NCBI GenBank assembly: GCA_965215565.1
Contig: CBDCDZ010000004.1
Location: 2,112,001 to 2,176,000 of the forward strand
Source of the DNA: Trueperaceae bacterium
Lineage (GTDB): Bacteria; Deinococcota; Deinococci; Deinococcales; Trueperaceae
DNA length: 64,000 nucleotides
Reading direction: 5' to 3'
Shown here: positions 10,193 to 19,944 of the stretch, in pieces
Position numbering within the stretch: the first letter of the stretch is position 1
Layout of the letters: each line of letters opens with the position of its first letter
The notes under the pieces: generated by a model
What the model saw: the letters and a program-made list of their open reading frames with translations, nothing else
The model's database searches: none
Told to the model about the DNA's origin: nothing
Translations under genes and position numbers: made by a program

Positions 10193-10507
10193 CTAGTAGG
10201 CGCTTAGCCACACAGACAGTTCTCTGTTCTGAGGCAGGCTGAATTCACCCCTGTAGGGCCTATAACCGGGCGCACGGACTTCGTAGCTGTAGTGCCCGGT
10301 GGAGAGGTCAAACGAGGTCAGAGGACCCTCTTGCTCCAGCGCCGCCGCGATCGGCGGCGCCTTCGCCTCGCGCACCCAGACCGTGGCGTGGGACGGCTGC
10401 ACTTCGATGGTGAGGGGATGCTTGGGCGTACCGCCTTGAGCGTTGCCCTCACAGCCCGCGATGAGGAGGGGGAGAAACCCGATGAGTAGGAGCTTGAGCG
10501 CCTTCAT
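10193..10507 (-). CDS. Small lipoprotein with PEGA-like beta domain
   Basis: Lipobox LIAGC, then VQPSHATVWV..LSTGHYSYEVRAPGY. Confidence 0.65.
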   Translation of the reverse strand: MKALKLLLIGFLPLLIAGCEGNAQGGTPKHPLTIEVQPSHATVWVREAKAPPIAAALEQEGPLTSFDLSTGHYSYEVRAPGYRPYRGEFSLPQNRELSVWLSAY

Positions 10508-10604
10508 ACCTGCAAGCGTAGTGTAGGGGCGCGGCGTCTCGAGTGACCAATATCTTAGCGTGTGAGGTCTTTTACGACGTTTTCGCGGACGAGTGCGCTA
10601 CTTC

Positions 10605-10643
10605 ACGTAAGAAGCCGCGCGAGGGCGCGGCTTCTTACGTTTT
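10605..10643. terminator. Perfect 16-bp hairpin, probable terminator
   Basis: ACGTAAGAAGCCGCGC-gagg-GCGCGGCTTCTTACGT followed by TTT. Confidence 0.65.
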
Positions 10644-10795
10644 GATTGTGCGCTCACTGACTATTCATCGTCGTGATCTCCAAGCGTTTTCGTGTTGTAC
10701 GGGACTGCATAATTTGCTTATCCTTGTCAGGGGCGTTAGAGCTTACCATCGCAGATGAGCGTGAGTTAGCTTTGCAAACCAACTCATGCAACCTC

Positions 10796-10906
10796 TAGCA
10801 GGTATCATCTGGTCAGAGACACGCTCACTTTATAAAACGATGTCTAACACGCACTTCAAGGGATGAGACCCGCGCTCAACTGTCTCAATGTATTGTGGAA
10901 CTGCTG
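10796..10906 (-). repeat. ~110-bp MITE-like repeat copy
   Basis: Begins TAGCAGGTATCATCTGG, has internal GGATGAGACCCGCG, and ends TGTGGAACTGCTG. Confidence 0.75.
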
Positions 10907-10912
10907 CTCGTA

Positions 10913-12097
10913 TTACCTCGAGCCCTTGTAGAGCAGCCGGTTCGGTGAGCCTGAGCCGATGCTCGAGAGTTTATTGGTTGACGCCGTGTCGCGCAGGTAG
11001 TTGAACACTGCGCCTGGTGAAGCGTTAGGGTTGTCCTCTAGCACGAGCGCGATTGCGCCAGCTACGTGCGGGCTCGCCATCGAGGTGCCGCTGATGGTGT
11101 TGGTCGAGCGGTTGCCCGTGTACCAAGCAGAGGTGATGTCTGAGCCCGGCGCGAAGAGGTCGACGCACGAGCCGAAGTTGGAGAACGACGAGCGGCGGTC
11201 GCTGCGCGTCGTTGCGCCTACTGTCATGGCGGCGTCTACACGAGCCGGCGAGACGTTGCAGGCATTCTGGTTCTCGTTGCCCGCCGCGACCGCGTAGGAC
11301 ACGCCCGCCCGGATGGAGTTGTTGATGGCGTCATCCAAGGCTCTCGAGGCTCCCCCGCCCAAGCTCATGTTCACCACGGCGGGCTTGCGGTGGTTCGACG
11401 TGATCCAGTCTACCCCGGCGATCACGCCCGAGTTGCTCCCCTCACCTCGGCAGCCCAAAACGCGCACCGCGAAGAGCGAAACCCCTTTCGCCACGCCGTA
11501 ACGACTGCCGCCCACCGTGCCCGCCACGTGTGTACCGTGACCGTTACAGTCGTCCGCGCCGCGCCCGTCATCTATGGCGGTGACGCCGCCCACAACGCGC
11601 CCGCCGAACTCGTCATGGCTCGCACGGATGCCCGTGTCAACGATGTACGCCGTTACGCCTGAACCTGTTGCATTGTAGCGGTACGCGCGGTCTAAGGGAA
11701 GAGAGCGCTCGTCGACGCGGTCGAGCCCCCACGTCGGGCTGCTCTGCGTCGCGGTGGCTTTCATGATCTGGTCTTGCTCGACGTAGGCGACGCGCAGATC
11801 GGCGCGGAGCGAGGCGAGCTTCGCGTCTTCAAGCCGCGCGACAAAACCGTTGATCACCTGCAGCGGACGCACGGACTGGACGCCTAGGTCGGTGGCGACA
11901 GCGGCGGTCTGTAACGCAAAATTTTCCGCCGACTGCGTACTCAGCGAGCCGCTTAGCACCACGATGTATTGCCCCGGAATGGGTTGACCCGCGACGACTT
12001 CGCGCTCGGGCACCTCGACTCCGGCTACCTCTTCAGGGGCTACGCTACACGCCGCCAACACCGCACCCAGCAAAACCAACACCAGTAGTCTCTTCAT
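10913..12097 (-). CDS. S8 subtilisin/proteinase K-family serine protease (aqualysin-like), lipoprotein signal and I9 propeptide
   Basis: Lipobox LAAC, WGLDRVD, catalytic triad VDTG / HGTHVAG / GTSMASPHVAG. Confidence 0.95.
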   Translation of the reverse strand: MKRLLVLVLLGAVLAACSVAPEEVAGVEVPEREVVAGQPIPGQYIVVLSGSLSTQSAENFALQTAAVATDLGVQSVRPLQVINGFVARLEDAKLASLRADLRVAYVEQDQIMKATATQSSPTWGLDRVDERSLPLDRAYRYNATGSGVTAYIVDTGIRASHDEFGGRVVGGVTAIDDGRGADDCNGHGTHVAGTVGGSRYGVAKGVSLFAVRVLGCRGEGSNSGVIAGVDWITSNHRKPAVVNMSLGGGASRALDDAINNSIRAGVSYAVAAGNENQNACNVSPARVDAAMTVGATTRSDRRSSFSNFGSCVDLFAPGSDITSAWYTGNRSTNTISGTSMASPHVAGAIALVLEDNPNASPGAVFNYLRDTASTNKLSSIGSGSPNRLLYKGSR

Positions 12098-12354
12098 ACG
12101 TCCTCCCATGACGTGAAGTCTCAAAACTGCGCGTCCTCCGCTGAGCACATAGCAAGTCAAATAGAATACGGAACGTATGCCGTTTTTGAGTTAGAGAACC
12201 GTATCATCTTTCAAACTCGAAAAAGAAGTAAAAAATTCACTTCGGCATGAGCCGGTGGATGGTAACGATTAGACTTTGATGAGACTCATCAGAGGAGCCT
12301 TTTCAGCGCGATATTTTTTCTGAGGAGGTGGAGCGCGCTCCCTCTTCCGGCTCG

Positions 12355-12807
12355 CTACCCGCGCAACTCCGCCGTATCCAGCCAGAGCGTCACCGGACCG
12401 TCGTTGAGCAAGCTGACCTGCATGTCCGCGCCGAACTTGCCCGTCGCCGTCTCGAGACCCAACTCGCCCAGCACCTGCACGAAGCGCCCGTAGAGCGCGT
12501 CCGCCTGTTCCGGTCTCGCCGCCTTGACGTAACTCGGACGGTTGCCGCGCCGCGCGTCGGCGTAGAGGGTGAACTGGCTCACCACGAGGACCGCCCCGCC
12601 GACGTCCGACACGCTCAAATTCATCTTGCCCGCCTCGTCGCTAAAGATGCGCAGTTTGCTCACCTTATTTGCTAAGAGGTGAACCTCGTCTTCGCCGTCG
12701 TCCTCAGCGACGCCCAGAAGGATGAGGAGCCCACGCTCAATTTGACCGGTGACTTCTCCCTCTACTTCAACTCGGGCGTGGGCGACGCGCTGCACAAGGA
12801 CGCGCAT
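12355..12807 (-). CDS. dtd: D-aminoacyl-tRNA deacylase
   Basis: [29 protein letters not shown]. Confidence 0.97.
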   Translation of the reverse strand: MRVLVQRVAHARVEVEGEVTGQIERGLLILLGVAEDDGEDEVHLLANKVSKLRIFSDEAGKMNLSVSDVGGAVLVVSQFTLYADARRGNRPSYVKAARPEQADALYGRFVQVLGELGLETATGKFGADMQVSLLNDGPVTLWLDTAELRG

Positions 12808-13097
12808 CAGTTGCTTTGAGTTCGGGGTGGTGTCTGCGGTGATTCGGGCAGGGTCTCGAGCCTCTCCCTAATCGTGCGCATCGCCCCGTACAGCGCGCCG
12901 CGCTCCGTTTCGTCCAGGTTGCCGTTCGTCTTTTGCTGGAGCATCTCTAAAAGCTGCAAGCTCTTCTCGCCCGTGCGCCGCGCCAAGATGCCGTCGCGCG
13001 CCAGCCGCGTCACCATCGGGCTATTCATCTCGCCCAAGGCCGCCTCCGCCGAGCTTAAAATAGAGTGAACCAAGCCGATAAAACGTGGGTCAGACAT
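12807..13097 (-). CDS. DUF1844-like protein
   Basis: [35 protein letters not shown] lies 6 nt upstream of this ATG. Confidence 0.75.
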   Translation of the reverse strand: MSDPRFIGLVHSILSSAEAALGEMNSPMVTRLARDGILARRTGEKSLQLLEMLQQKTNGNLDETERGALYGAMRTIRERLETLPESPQTPPRTQSN

Positions 13098-13149
13098 GGG
13101 AGTAGTGTACCAGTCAGTGGAGAGGGGTTCTGTTATGAGAGCGTAAATG

Positions 13150-13326
13150 GAAGCAATGAGGAACGAGCAATGAGTGAAACCCTTTAGACTCATTGCTCAT
13201 TAGGTGAAGGCACAGGTTAAGGCTGAAAGCCGTTGCACTTTGTGCTCACCTGTAAGAGCCTACTGAGCTTTGCTCTAACCTGTTTGAGCTTCGCTCTGAC
13301 CTGTGCTTTCAACTCATTACTGCTTC
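13150..13326. repeat. Heptamer (GAGCAAY)-based palindromic element interrupted by a ~103-bp insert
   Basis: The arms aagcaatgaggaacgagcaatgagt..actcattgctcat and tgctttcaactcattactgcttc match the reverse complement of the 53862 element. The insert spans ~13201-13303. Confidence 0.7.
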
Positions 13327-13946
13327 TAAAACAACCCCTCCTGCTGCGCCGTATCAATCACCAAACTGTTCGGCTTCGCGCCCAGGTTGTCCATCTCCTC
13401 GCGTAAGACCTTTACGTCTTGCCACATGAGCCACTTGGGGGAGCCTTTTTCGCGGCTCGGGTTGCGTAAGAGGTAGGCGGGGTGAAACATCGGGTAGATG
13501 CGCACGCCGTTCCAGTCAAACCAGTTGCCGTGTGTTTTGGTGATGCCCTCTTTCGTGTTGACGAAGTACTGCGTGGGGATGTTGCCCAACGTCGCAATGA
13601 TCTGCGGGCGGATGAGTTTAAGCTGCTCCATCAAAAGAGGTTCGCTCGCGGCGATCTCTTCTGGCTTAGGGTTGCGGTTGCCGGGCGGACGGTACTTGAC
13701 GATATTGGTGATGTAGACCTCGTCGCGGTCAATCTTGACAGAGTCTAAAATGCGGTCTAGAAGCTGCCCGGCGCGTCCAACGAAGGGGCGTCCAGTGGCG
13801 TCTTCGTCCTCACCGGGAGCCTCACCGATGATGACCACGTTAGCGTCCGGGTCGCCCTCGCCAAAGACGAGGTTGTCGGCGGTGTCCGACAAGGCGGGGG
13901 GTTTAGGGGCTTCTTTGGCCTGCTGCTCGAGTTCGTCTAACGTCAT
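13326..13946 (-). CDS. udg: Uracil-DNA glycosylase family 4
   Basis: GEAPG..E...[30 protein letters not shown]. Confidence 0.93.
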   Translation of the reverse strand: MTLDELEQQAKEAPKPPALSDTADNLVFGEGDPDANVVIIGEAPGEDEDATGRPFVGRAGQLLDRILDSVKIDRDEVYITNIVKYRPPGNRNPKPEEIAASEPLLMEQLKLIRPQIIATLGNIPTQYFVNTKEGITKTHGNWFDWNGVRIYPMFHPAYLLRNPSREKGSPKWLMWQDVKVLREEMDNLGAKPNSLVIDTAQQEGLF

Positions 13947-14103
13947 CGTTCCTCCTCATACGCGGTCAACCTCTCGAGCCTCAGTCAAGATAGCGAGAGG
14001 TCAACACCTTTGTCGTCGCAGCTTATAATGGTCTCTGTTGCAACAACCCATGACAAGGTTTCATTTTAACGCGGCGACGCGCGTAACGCGGTAAGCGGTA
14101 GCC

Positions 14104-14126
14104 AAAAAAACGCGCCGAAGCGCGTT
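14104..14126 (-). terminator. Intrinsic terminator (minus strand)
   Basis: Plus-strand AAAAAAACGCG-ccgaag-CGCGTT just downstream of the 14152 gene. Confidence 0.65.
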
Positions 14127-14151
14127 GTGTATAGAGGTTAAGATAACCGGG

Positions 14152-14538
14152 TTACGACTTGAGCGAAGTGAGGGGTGGACGCTGGCTCCGCACCTCGCGG
14201 CGCACTTTGGGCTCTAAACCGATCATCAAAAAGAAGTTCTCCAAGGCGTTCTCTTGCCCTTTAATGTCGGTGTGTTCGTCTTCAGCGGTGCCCGTCACAA
14301 AGGGAAGCTCTTTGTAACACTCGAGCGCCTCGATGACCACGTCGGCGGGGCTTTGCGCCTCAGCGACGTCGGTCAAGCGGGCATAGATGGTGCGCCGCGC
14401 TTCGGCGTGGCAGCGGAAGACCTCCGGGTTAGCAGTCTCCGGTGCGCGCAAGATATCTTGCTTGGCGATGCGCCTATAGTGCTTGAGCCCCCGTACGATC
14501 TCATCCGAACTAAGAACCACTTTTACATCCATCTTCAC
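14152..14538 (-). CDS. Hypothetical protein (128 aa)
   Basis: Clean ORF with a GAGGA RBS and a downstream terminator; no motif recognised. Confidence 0.75.
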   Translation of the reverse strand: MKMDVKVVLSSDEIVRGLKHYRRIAKQDILRAPETANPEVFRCHAEARRTIYARLTDVAEAQSPADVVIEALECYKELPFVTGTAEDEHTDIKGQENALENFFLMIGLEPKVRREVRSQRPPLTSLKS

Positions 14539-14849
14539 TCCTCTCTTTTGATTGGAAGCTATGTTACCTTTTGTGCTCTTACACCACTGTGAGAAAATAG
14601 GGATTGAGAAGGATGCTCTACCTTAATGAATTCGGTGCGTCTGTAATAGAGACGCACGTACTATTGACTATAACGCCTAAACCTCTGCGCAGAATAAAAG
14701 TGTGAAGAGCGGACGGTGCTACGGTTGAACTTTGAAAGCGTCACGTCCCTGACGCAACTTGTCAAAATAAAAACCTTTCATAGCACTCGCTCGCATCTCA
14801 CTATAAGAAATATCACATTCGCCTCGAAGAGCGCGCTCCAGGTAGCGCG

Positions 14850-15077
14850 TTAGGCTTCGAGCTTCTTGATAGGAATAGGCGGCAAATCTTTGAGTTCGCG
14901 CTCGCTCAGGTCCCCCCGGTAGCGTGCCAACTCCGAAATCTCCTGCGACTCGCTGCTGTAGCCGCACCTATAGCACTCCAACTCGGTAAAGCCCTCTAAA
15001 TAGACATATGTGACGGTATCGCTGCTGCCGCATTCGGGGCAGACCTCCCCGCGCTCGATTCCTTCGGCGTCGTACAC
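14850..15077 (-). CDS. Small zinc-ribbon protein
   Basis: CPECGS..ECYRCGY; GTG start preceded by GGAGG. Confidence 0.7.
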   Translation of the reverse strand: MYDAEGIERGEVCPECGSSDTVTYVYLEGFTELECYRCGYSSESQEISELARYRGDLSERELKDLPPIPIKKLEA

Positions 15078-15419
15078 CCTCTCACCTCCATCGTTGTAGC
15101 AACAGAACATACTGAAACAAGTTACCGCGGATTTTAGCGCAGAGCGCTAACGGAACCTCGTAAGCAAGTTCTAAAGTGTGTCCTCTTCACTCAGCGTGTA
15201 GATACCCGGAGTGCAGATGACCAGTCGGCACCCCGTTCTCGCGAAGCCGACCCGCTAGGCTTTGCCTGAAAGCGGAATGGCTCGCGGCTGAGCACGCGAA
15301 GTAACCTGCTACTAAGCTTAGCCCACCGAGATGAGCGTAGAGGTGTCGGCAAGCCTTGACGCGGCTGAAACGCGCCCATATAGAGGGCTCGAGCTTCCTC
15401 CTAGCGCAGCGACGTAGCT

Positions 15420-15523
15420 AAAAGAAAACCCTCTGTATGACCTCGTCAAGCTGAGCTGTCGGGACCTATCACGCGAAGAGGTTGTCGCGGCACAGCTAGT
15501 AAAGAGGTCACGCCGACGGCGTA
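15420..15523 (-). ncRNA. Candidate structured small RNA
   Basis: Extended -10 TGcCATAAT (plus strand 15530-15538), nested stems TGACCTC/GAGGTCA, AGCTGT/ACAGCT and CGCGA/TCGCG, 3' U-rich tract. Confidence 0.4.
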
Positions 15524-15570
15524 ACTCACATTATGGCACCCCCTTTTCAGTTTAGTATTACAATCGTCCC

Positions 15571-16041
15571 GTGACTCAGCGCTGGCTCCTCAAAACCGAA
15601 CCCGACGTGTTTAGCTTCGCTGACCTCCTGCGAAGCGCCGAAAAGAGCGCTATGTGGGAAGGTGTGCGCAACTATCAGGCGCGAAACTTTTTGCGGGAGA
15701 TGAAAGTAGGCGACAAGATACTTATCTATCACTCTAACTGCAAGCCGCCCGGCGTCGTCGGCGTGGCGGAGGTTGCCAAAGAAGCCTATCCTGACCCTAC
15801 CCAGTTCGACACCTCGAGCGAGTACTACGACGAAAAGTCGTCCAGAGATGACCCGCGCTGGACGGTTGTAGAGGTGCGCGGACTCCACCCTTTGGAGAGG
15901 TTTGTGCCGCTGCAAGAGGTGAAGGAAGAACCTGCGCTGGAGGGGATGAAGCTCGTTCAGCGCGGCAACCGCCTCAGCGTCATGCCCGTCACGGAAGCGG
16001 AATTCGACAAAATCCTAGCGTTAGGAGAGGTCTATGACTGA
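15571..16041 (+). CDS. EVE domain protein
   Basis: WLLKTEP, WEGVRNYQARNF, YHS, AYPDPTQFD, RLSVMPV. Confidence 0.95.
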   Translation: MTQRWLLKTEPDVFSFADLLRSAEKSAMWEGVRNYQARNFLREMKVGDKILIYHSNCKPPGVVGVAEVAKEAYPDPTQFDTSSEYYDEKSSRDDPRWTVVEVRGLHPLERFVPLQEVKEEPALEGMKLVQRGNRLSVMPVTEAEFDKILALGEVYD

Positions 16042-17206
16042 TACTTCACTAAGAGACGCGGCTAGAGCGCTGAGCGGCGAAACCGTCCAGACCCGCCGCG
16101 ACTTTCACAAGCATCCCGAAACCGCCTTCGAAGAGGTCAGGACGAGCGGCGTCATCGCTGAGAGGTTGGAGAAGCTCGGCTTAGACGTGCGCCGTGAGGT
16201 CGGCAAGACGGGCGTCGTCGCGCTTTTAGATTTGGGCGAGGGCAAGACCGTGCTCGTGCGGGCTGATATCGACGCGCTGCCCATTCACGACGAGAAAACC
16301 GTGGACTACCGCTCGGCGGTGGACGGCAAGATGCACGCCTGCGGTCACGACGGACACGCCGCCGTTCTGCTGAGCGTGGCGAAGATTCTGAGCGAGCGCA
16401 AAGACACCCTCTCCGGCAAGGTCATCTTCGTCTTTCAACCTGCCGAGGAGATCGTCGGGGGAGCGAGGGCGATGTTGGAAGACGGGGCGCTAGAAGCTGG
16501 GCCGGAGCACAGCATCGGCCTGCACCTCAGCTCGCAGTTCCCTACGGGCACGGTGGCGGTGCGCAGCGGTCCCTCGATGGCCGCGACGGATTCGTTTCGG
16601 CTCGTCGTCTCCGGTAAGGGCGGTCACGCGGCGCGTCCGCACGAGAGTGTGGACCCCGTGCTCATCGCCGCGCACCTCATCACGGGCTTGCAGAGCCTCG
16701 TCTCCCGCGAGACCGACCCATTGGACAACGCGGTCATCAGCCTGACCTCAGTTCGCGGCGGCACTGCGTACAACGTCATCCCCGAAAATGTCGAAATTAA
16801 GGGCACGCTCCGCACCTTTTTGCCGGAGACGCGCGACTTTCTTCAGGGCAGGATAGAGCGCTTTAGTGGAGATTTGGCCCGGAGTATGCGTGGGGCGGTA
16901 GGGCTCGAGTGGATCACCCAATCGCCCGCCGTAGTGAACGACGAGGCGATGACGGAGCGGCTGCGGAGCGTGGCGAGAGCCGTCGTCGGGGAGGACAAGG
17001 TGCTCGTCGCTCCGCCGATCATGGGCGGCGACGACATGGCGCTCTGGCTTCAGAGAGCGCCCGGTTGTTACTTCTTTTTAGGCGCGAGAAGCGAAGAGAA
17101 GGGCTCGCACTACGCGCACCATCACCCCATGTTCGACTTGGACGAGGACGCGCTACCCGTAGCGGTAGAGGTGTTGGCGCAAGGAGTCCTAGAGTTCCTG
17201 CGTTAG
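16034..17206 (+). CDS. M20 family amidohydrolase
   Basis: HKHPE, RADIDALP, MHACGHDGH, FQPAEE, GKGGHAA, HHPMF. Confidence 0.94.
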   Translation: MTDTSLRDAARALSGETVQTRRDFHKHPETAFEEVRTSGVIAERLEKLGLDVRREVGKTGVVALLDLGEGKTVLVRADIDALPIHDEKTVDYRSAVDGKMHACGHDGHAAVLLSVAKILSERKDTLSGKVIFVFQPAEEIVGGARAMLEDGALEAGPEHSIGLHLSSQFPTGTVAVRSGPSMAATDSFRLVVSGKGGHAARPHESVDPVLIAAHLITGLQSLVSRETDPLDNAVISLTSVRGGTAYNVIPENVEIKGTLRTFLPETRDFLQGRIERFSGDLARSMRGAVGLEWITQSPAVVNDEAMTERLRSVARAVVGEDKVLVAPPIMGGDDMALWLQRAPGCYFFLGARSEEKGSHYAHHHPMFDLDEDALPVAVEVLAQGVLEFLR

Positions 17207-17240
17207 AAGCGTAGCCTATACACGTGAGGGTATGTACGGC

Positions 17241-17270
17241 GTAAGGGTAGGTTTCGAAACCCACCCTTAC
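17241..17270. repeat. REP-like palindrome (GTAA variant)
   Basis: GTAAGGGTAGGTTTCGAAACCCACCCTTAC between convergent genes. Confidence 0.65.
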
Positions 17271-17297
17271 ATAACGTCAGAAGCACATCGGTTCGTA

Positions 17298-17747
17298 TCA
17301 GCTTTGCGGCGGCAAGAGGAAGACCAACCCGCCCGCGAGCAGCGCCAGACCCAACACCCGGCGCAAATCTATAGGGATCACACTGCCCGACCAGCCGAGC
17401 GCGTCCGCGAGCACGGAGAGCGTCAACTGCCCCAAGATGACCGCCGCGATGCCCGCAGCGACGCCGACGCGCGGCAGCGCGAAAGCGATAGAAAACACGA
17501 CGAATATACCGATGCCGCCCGCCAGCACGACGGTAGAGGCGGCTCTAGCGTCCACAGCTTGAAGAGGTAGCGCCCTCGAGAAGAGCACCAACAGCAGAAG
17601 TGAGAGCGTCCCGCCAGCAATGTTGACGAGTAAGCCCGTGAGGGGCGCGCCCAGTGACCTTCCGGCAAGGCTATTGAGCACCCCCTGAAAGCCGACCGCT
17701 AAACCGCCACACAGCGCGATGAGTAGTGCAACCAACCATCCGTTCAC
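17298..17747 (-). CDS. DMT-superfamily small membrane transporter (YdcZ/DUF606-like)
   Basis: About 5 TM segments; Q..LN..G, GG.G, ILGQL..D.LG pattern. GTG start at 17747 with GGAGG 6 nt upstream. Confidence 0.82.
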   Translation of the reverse strand: MNGWLVALLIALCGGLAVGFQGVLNSLAGRSLGAPLTGLLVNIAGGTLSLLLLVLFSRALPLQAVDARAASTVVLAGGIGIFVVFSIAFALPRVGVAAGIAAVILGQLTLSVLADALGWSGSVIPIDLRRVLGLALLAGGLVFLLPPQS

Positions 17748-17795
17748 CTTCAACCTCCTAAAGTTCGCAGAGCTATCTAACCTCTTCGAACCGCA

Positions 17796-17918
17796 CCCTC
17801 GAGGCTTTTATCCTTGGGATGGTCTCCGCCACGCAGATATGCGCAACGGCTTTCATGGCACTCGGTCCGAGCCCCGCACAGCGTCATCTAAAAGGTGCGG
17901 GTGGAACCCTAGCCAAAC
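17796..17918 (-). promoter_or_regulatory. ykkC-motif riboswitch aptamer (guanidine-I-like variant)
   Basis: Minus strand: TGGC-TAGGGTTCC..GGACCGAG-TGCCA (P1), a P2 hairpin, then AGG-ATAAAAG-CCT-CGAGG (P3), in the 5' UTR of the transporter. Confidence 0.8.
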
Positions 17919-18060
17919 GGTCTTTAAGAGTGTACCAAAATCTTCAGCTCGAGCCACCACCTCAAAATTCGTGAGAAACACACTAAGACCTTTTAACCTT
18001 TTGCCCTCTACGAACCTCTAAAACGTGATAGGTAAGGGCAAAATGCTATACTATACGCAG

Positions 18061-19020
18061 ATGAACGAGCGCACCGCCCACATCCTCGACCTCGTCACGG
18101 CGCACTACATTACCTCAGCGAAGCCGGTGGCGTCGGCTCCTATCGCCAAGCAACTCGGCGTGAGCAGCGCGACGGTCAGAAGCGAGTTTGCGGCGCTCGA
18201 GGAGGCGGGCTACTTAGCTCAGCCCCACACCTCAGCGGGGCGCGTTCCTACGGCTGAAAGTTACAGGCGCTACGCGCGCAAGTTCATTCCGCCTAAACGT
18301 TTGCCCAAACTCCAGCGCGACCTCTTGAAGATGCGGCTGAAAGGCGCGCACGGCGACACGCTCTTGCAGCAAGTTGCCAACGTCACCGCCGAACTCTCCG
18401 GCTACGCGGTAGTGGTGAGCCTGCCCGCCGATGACGACTTGCACACCCTGGAGATTCACCTCTCGGCGCTCTCGAGTACGCGCCTCTTAGCCGTCGTCGT
18501 TTTGGAAAACGGTCTCATCCGCCAACTCGTCTTGGATCTCGCGCCGACGCCAAGCGACGACGCGCTGCGTGAAGCCGAGAGGGGTTTACGCAGCTTGGAC
18601 GTACCCGTGCAAGAGGTTCCGGTGGCGCTTGTGAATATCGCGACGCGCGCCGAGGAAGAGGTTGCGCGCACCTTCCGCGCTTTAGCCGACGCTTGGCCCA
18701 CCATGAACCCGCCCCGGCTCTTCTCGCAGGGGCTCAAAAACCTCTTGACGGAGCCCGAATCCACCGACCCAGAGTTCGTGCGCATGGTGGTGGAGCGCGT
18801 CGAGCAACCCAACACGGACGCGGACATAGACGAGGCGCTGCGCATTGTTTTAGAAGAGACCGTGGCACTGGTGTCGGCGCGTCTCGAGCTGGGCTCCTCC
18901 AAAGCCGGGTTGATGCTCTTAGGACCGCTACGAATGCGCTACCCCGAGACGCTAGCGATTGCGCAAGGGGTGACGGAGACGGTGGCGAAACGTGCCGAGC
19001 AACAGGCGAGCTTCAACTAG
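18061..19020 (+). CDS. hrcA: Heat-inducible transcription repressor HrcA
   Basis: PVAS..SSATVRSE..LEE.GYL.QPHTSAGRVPT..YRRY and GP.RMRY. Confidence 0.95.
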   Translation: MNERTAHILDLVTAHYITSAKPVASAPIAKQLGVSSATVRSEFAALEEAGYLAQPHTSAGRVPTAESYRRYARKFIPPKRLPKLQRDLLKMRLKGAHGDTLLQQVANVTAELSGYAVVVSLPADDDLHTLEIHLSALSSTRLLAVVVLENGLIRQLVLDLAPTPSDDALREAERGLRSLDVPVQEVPVALVNIATRAEEEVARTFRALADAWPTMNPPRLFSQGLKNLLTEPESTDPEFVRMVVERVEQPNTDADIDEALRIVLEETVALVSARLELGSSKAGLMLLGPLRMRYPETLAIAQGVTETVAKRAEQQASFN

Positions 19021-19038
19021 CCGCGTTACACTAAGCAC

Positions 19039-19752
19039 GTGACGATTGAACTCCTTCTTTTTGCCAGCTACCGCGACCAGGTGGGTCAGCGGGAGATGAC
19101 GCTCGAGCTACCTGAGCACACAGACGCCCGCACAACCGTCCGTGATATCGCCGACAAACTCCAAGCCGACTACCCTGACCTCTCCTTAAAAGGCGCACTC
19201 TGCGCCCTCAACGAGCGCTACGTTTCCCCCGATCAAGAGGTCAAGGAGGGCGACACGCTCGCGCTTTTCCCGCCCGTGTCGGGTGGTGAGGTGGACGCGC
19301 CAGAGACCGCCCACCTCACCGATCACCTCTTTGTCACCGAGGGCGTTTTAGACCTTGCCCACCTGCACGCGCTCGCGGTGGCGGACCCTTACGGCGCAGT
19401 CGCGAGCTTTGTCGGCACGGTGCGCTCGCCTAACTTGGGGCGAGAGATCACGTATATCGACTACGAGGGGTACGAAGCGATGATCCTCACGCAGATGAAG
19501 GTGGTGGCGGGTGAGATGCGCGCCCGATTCGATCTGGGCAAAGTCGTCATCTCGCACCGCCTCGGGCGGCTCAGACCGAGCGAGGCGTCCATCGCCATCG
19601 TCATCTCTTCGGAGCACCGGCGCGCCGCGTTAGACGCGGCGCACGCCTGCATCGACCGGATCAAGGAGCTTTTGCCCGTGTGGAAGCGCGAGGTGAGCGC
19701 GCAGGGTGAGGCGTGGGTGGAGGGCTCGAGCGCTGCAGGCGAAACCTTGTAA
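19039..19752 (+). CDS. moaE: Molybdopterin synthase MoaD-MoaE fusion
   Basis: MoaD domain ending FPPVSGG, then GAVASFVGTVR..YEGY..HRLG..PVWKRE. Confidence 0.93.
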   Translation: MTIELLLFASYRDQVGQREMTLELPEHTDARTTVRDIADKLQADYPDLSLKGALCALNERYVSPDQEVKEGDTLALFPPVSGGEVDAPETAHLTDHLFVTEGVLDLAHLHALAVADPYGAVASFVGTVRSPNLGREITYIDYEGYEAMILTQMKVVAGEMRARFDLGKVVISHRLGRLRPSEASIAIVISSEHRRAALDAAHACIDRIKELLPVWKREVSAQGEAWVEGSSAAGETL

Positions 19753-19944
19753 ATGAGCGGTTGTAATTGTCGGTAGTGGGTTCAGGTTGAATGCCAACGG
19801 GCACTTCTTGCGCCGTTTCTGTGTGATGAACAAGGGGTTGCAACCCCTTGTTTTAACCTCCGCGTCATTTCGAATAGCGCCACTACCTAATTGTTAAAGA
19901 TGGAGAGGTTGCAGAGACCTCTTCATCTTTAACGTTCGTTCAGT

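Noticed and set aside
13150..13326. Short repeats that might be a CRISPR array
   Set aside because: No constant repeat with unique equal-length spacers, and no cas genes in the window.
15146..15165. AACCTCGTAAGC resembling the 3' end of a c-di-AMP (ydaO) riboswitch
   Set aside because: The other conserved ydaO segments are absent upstream.
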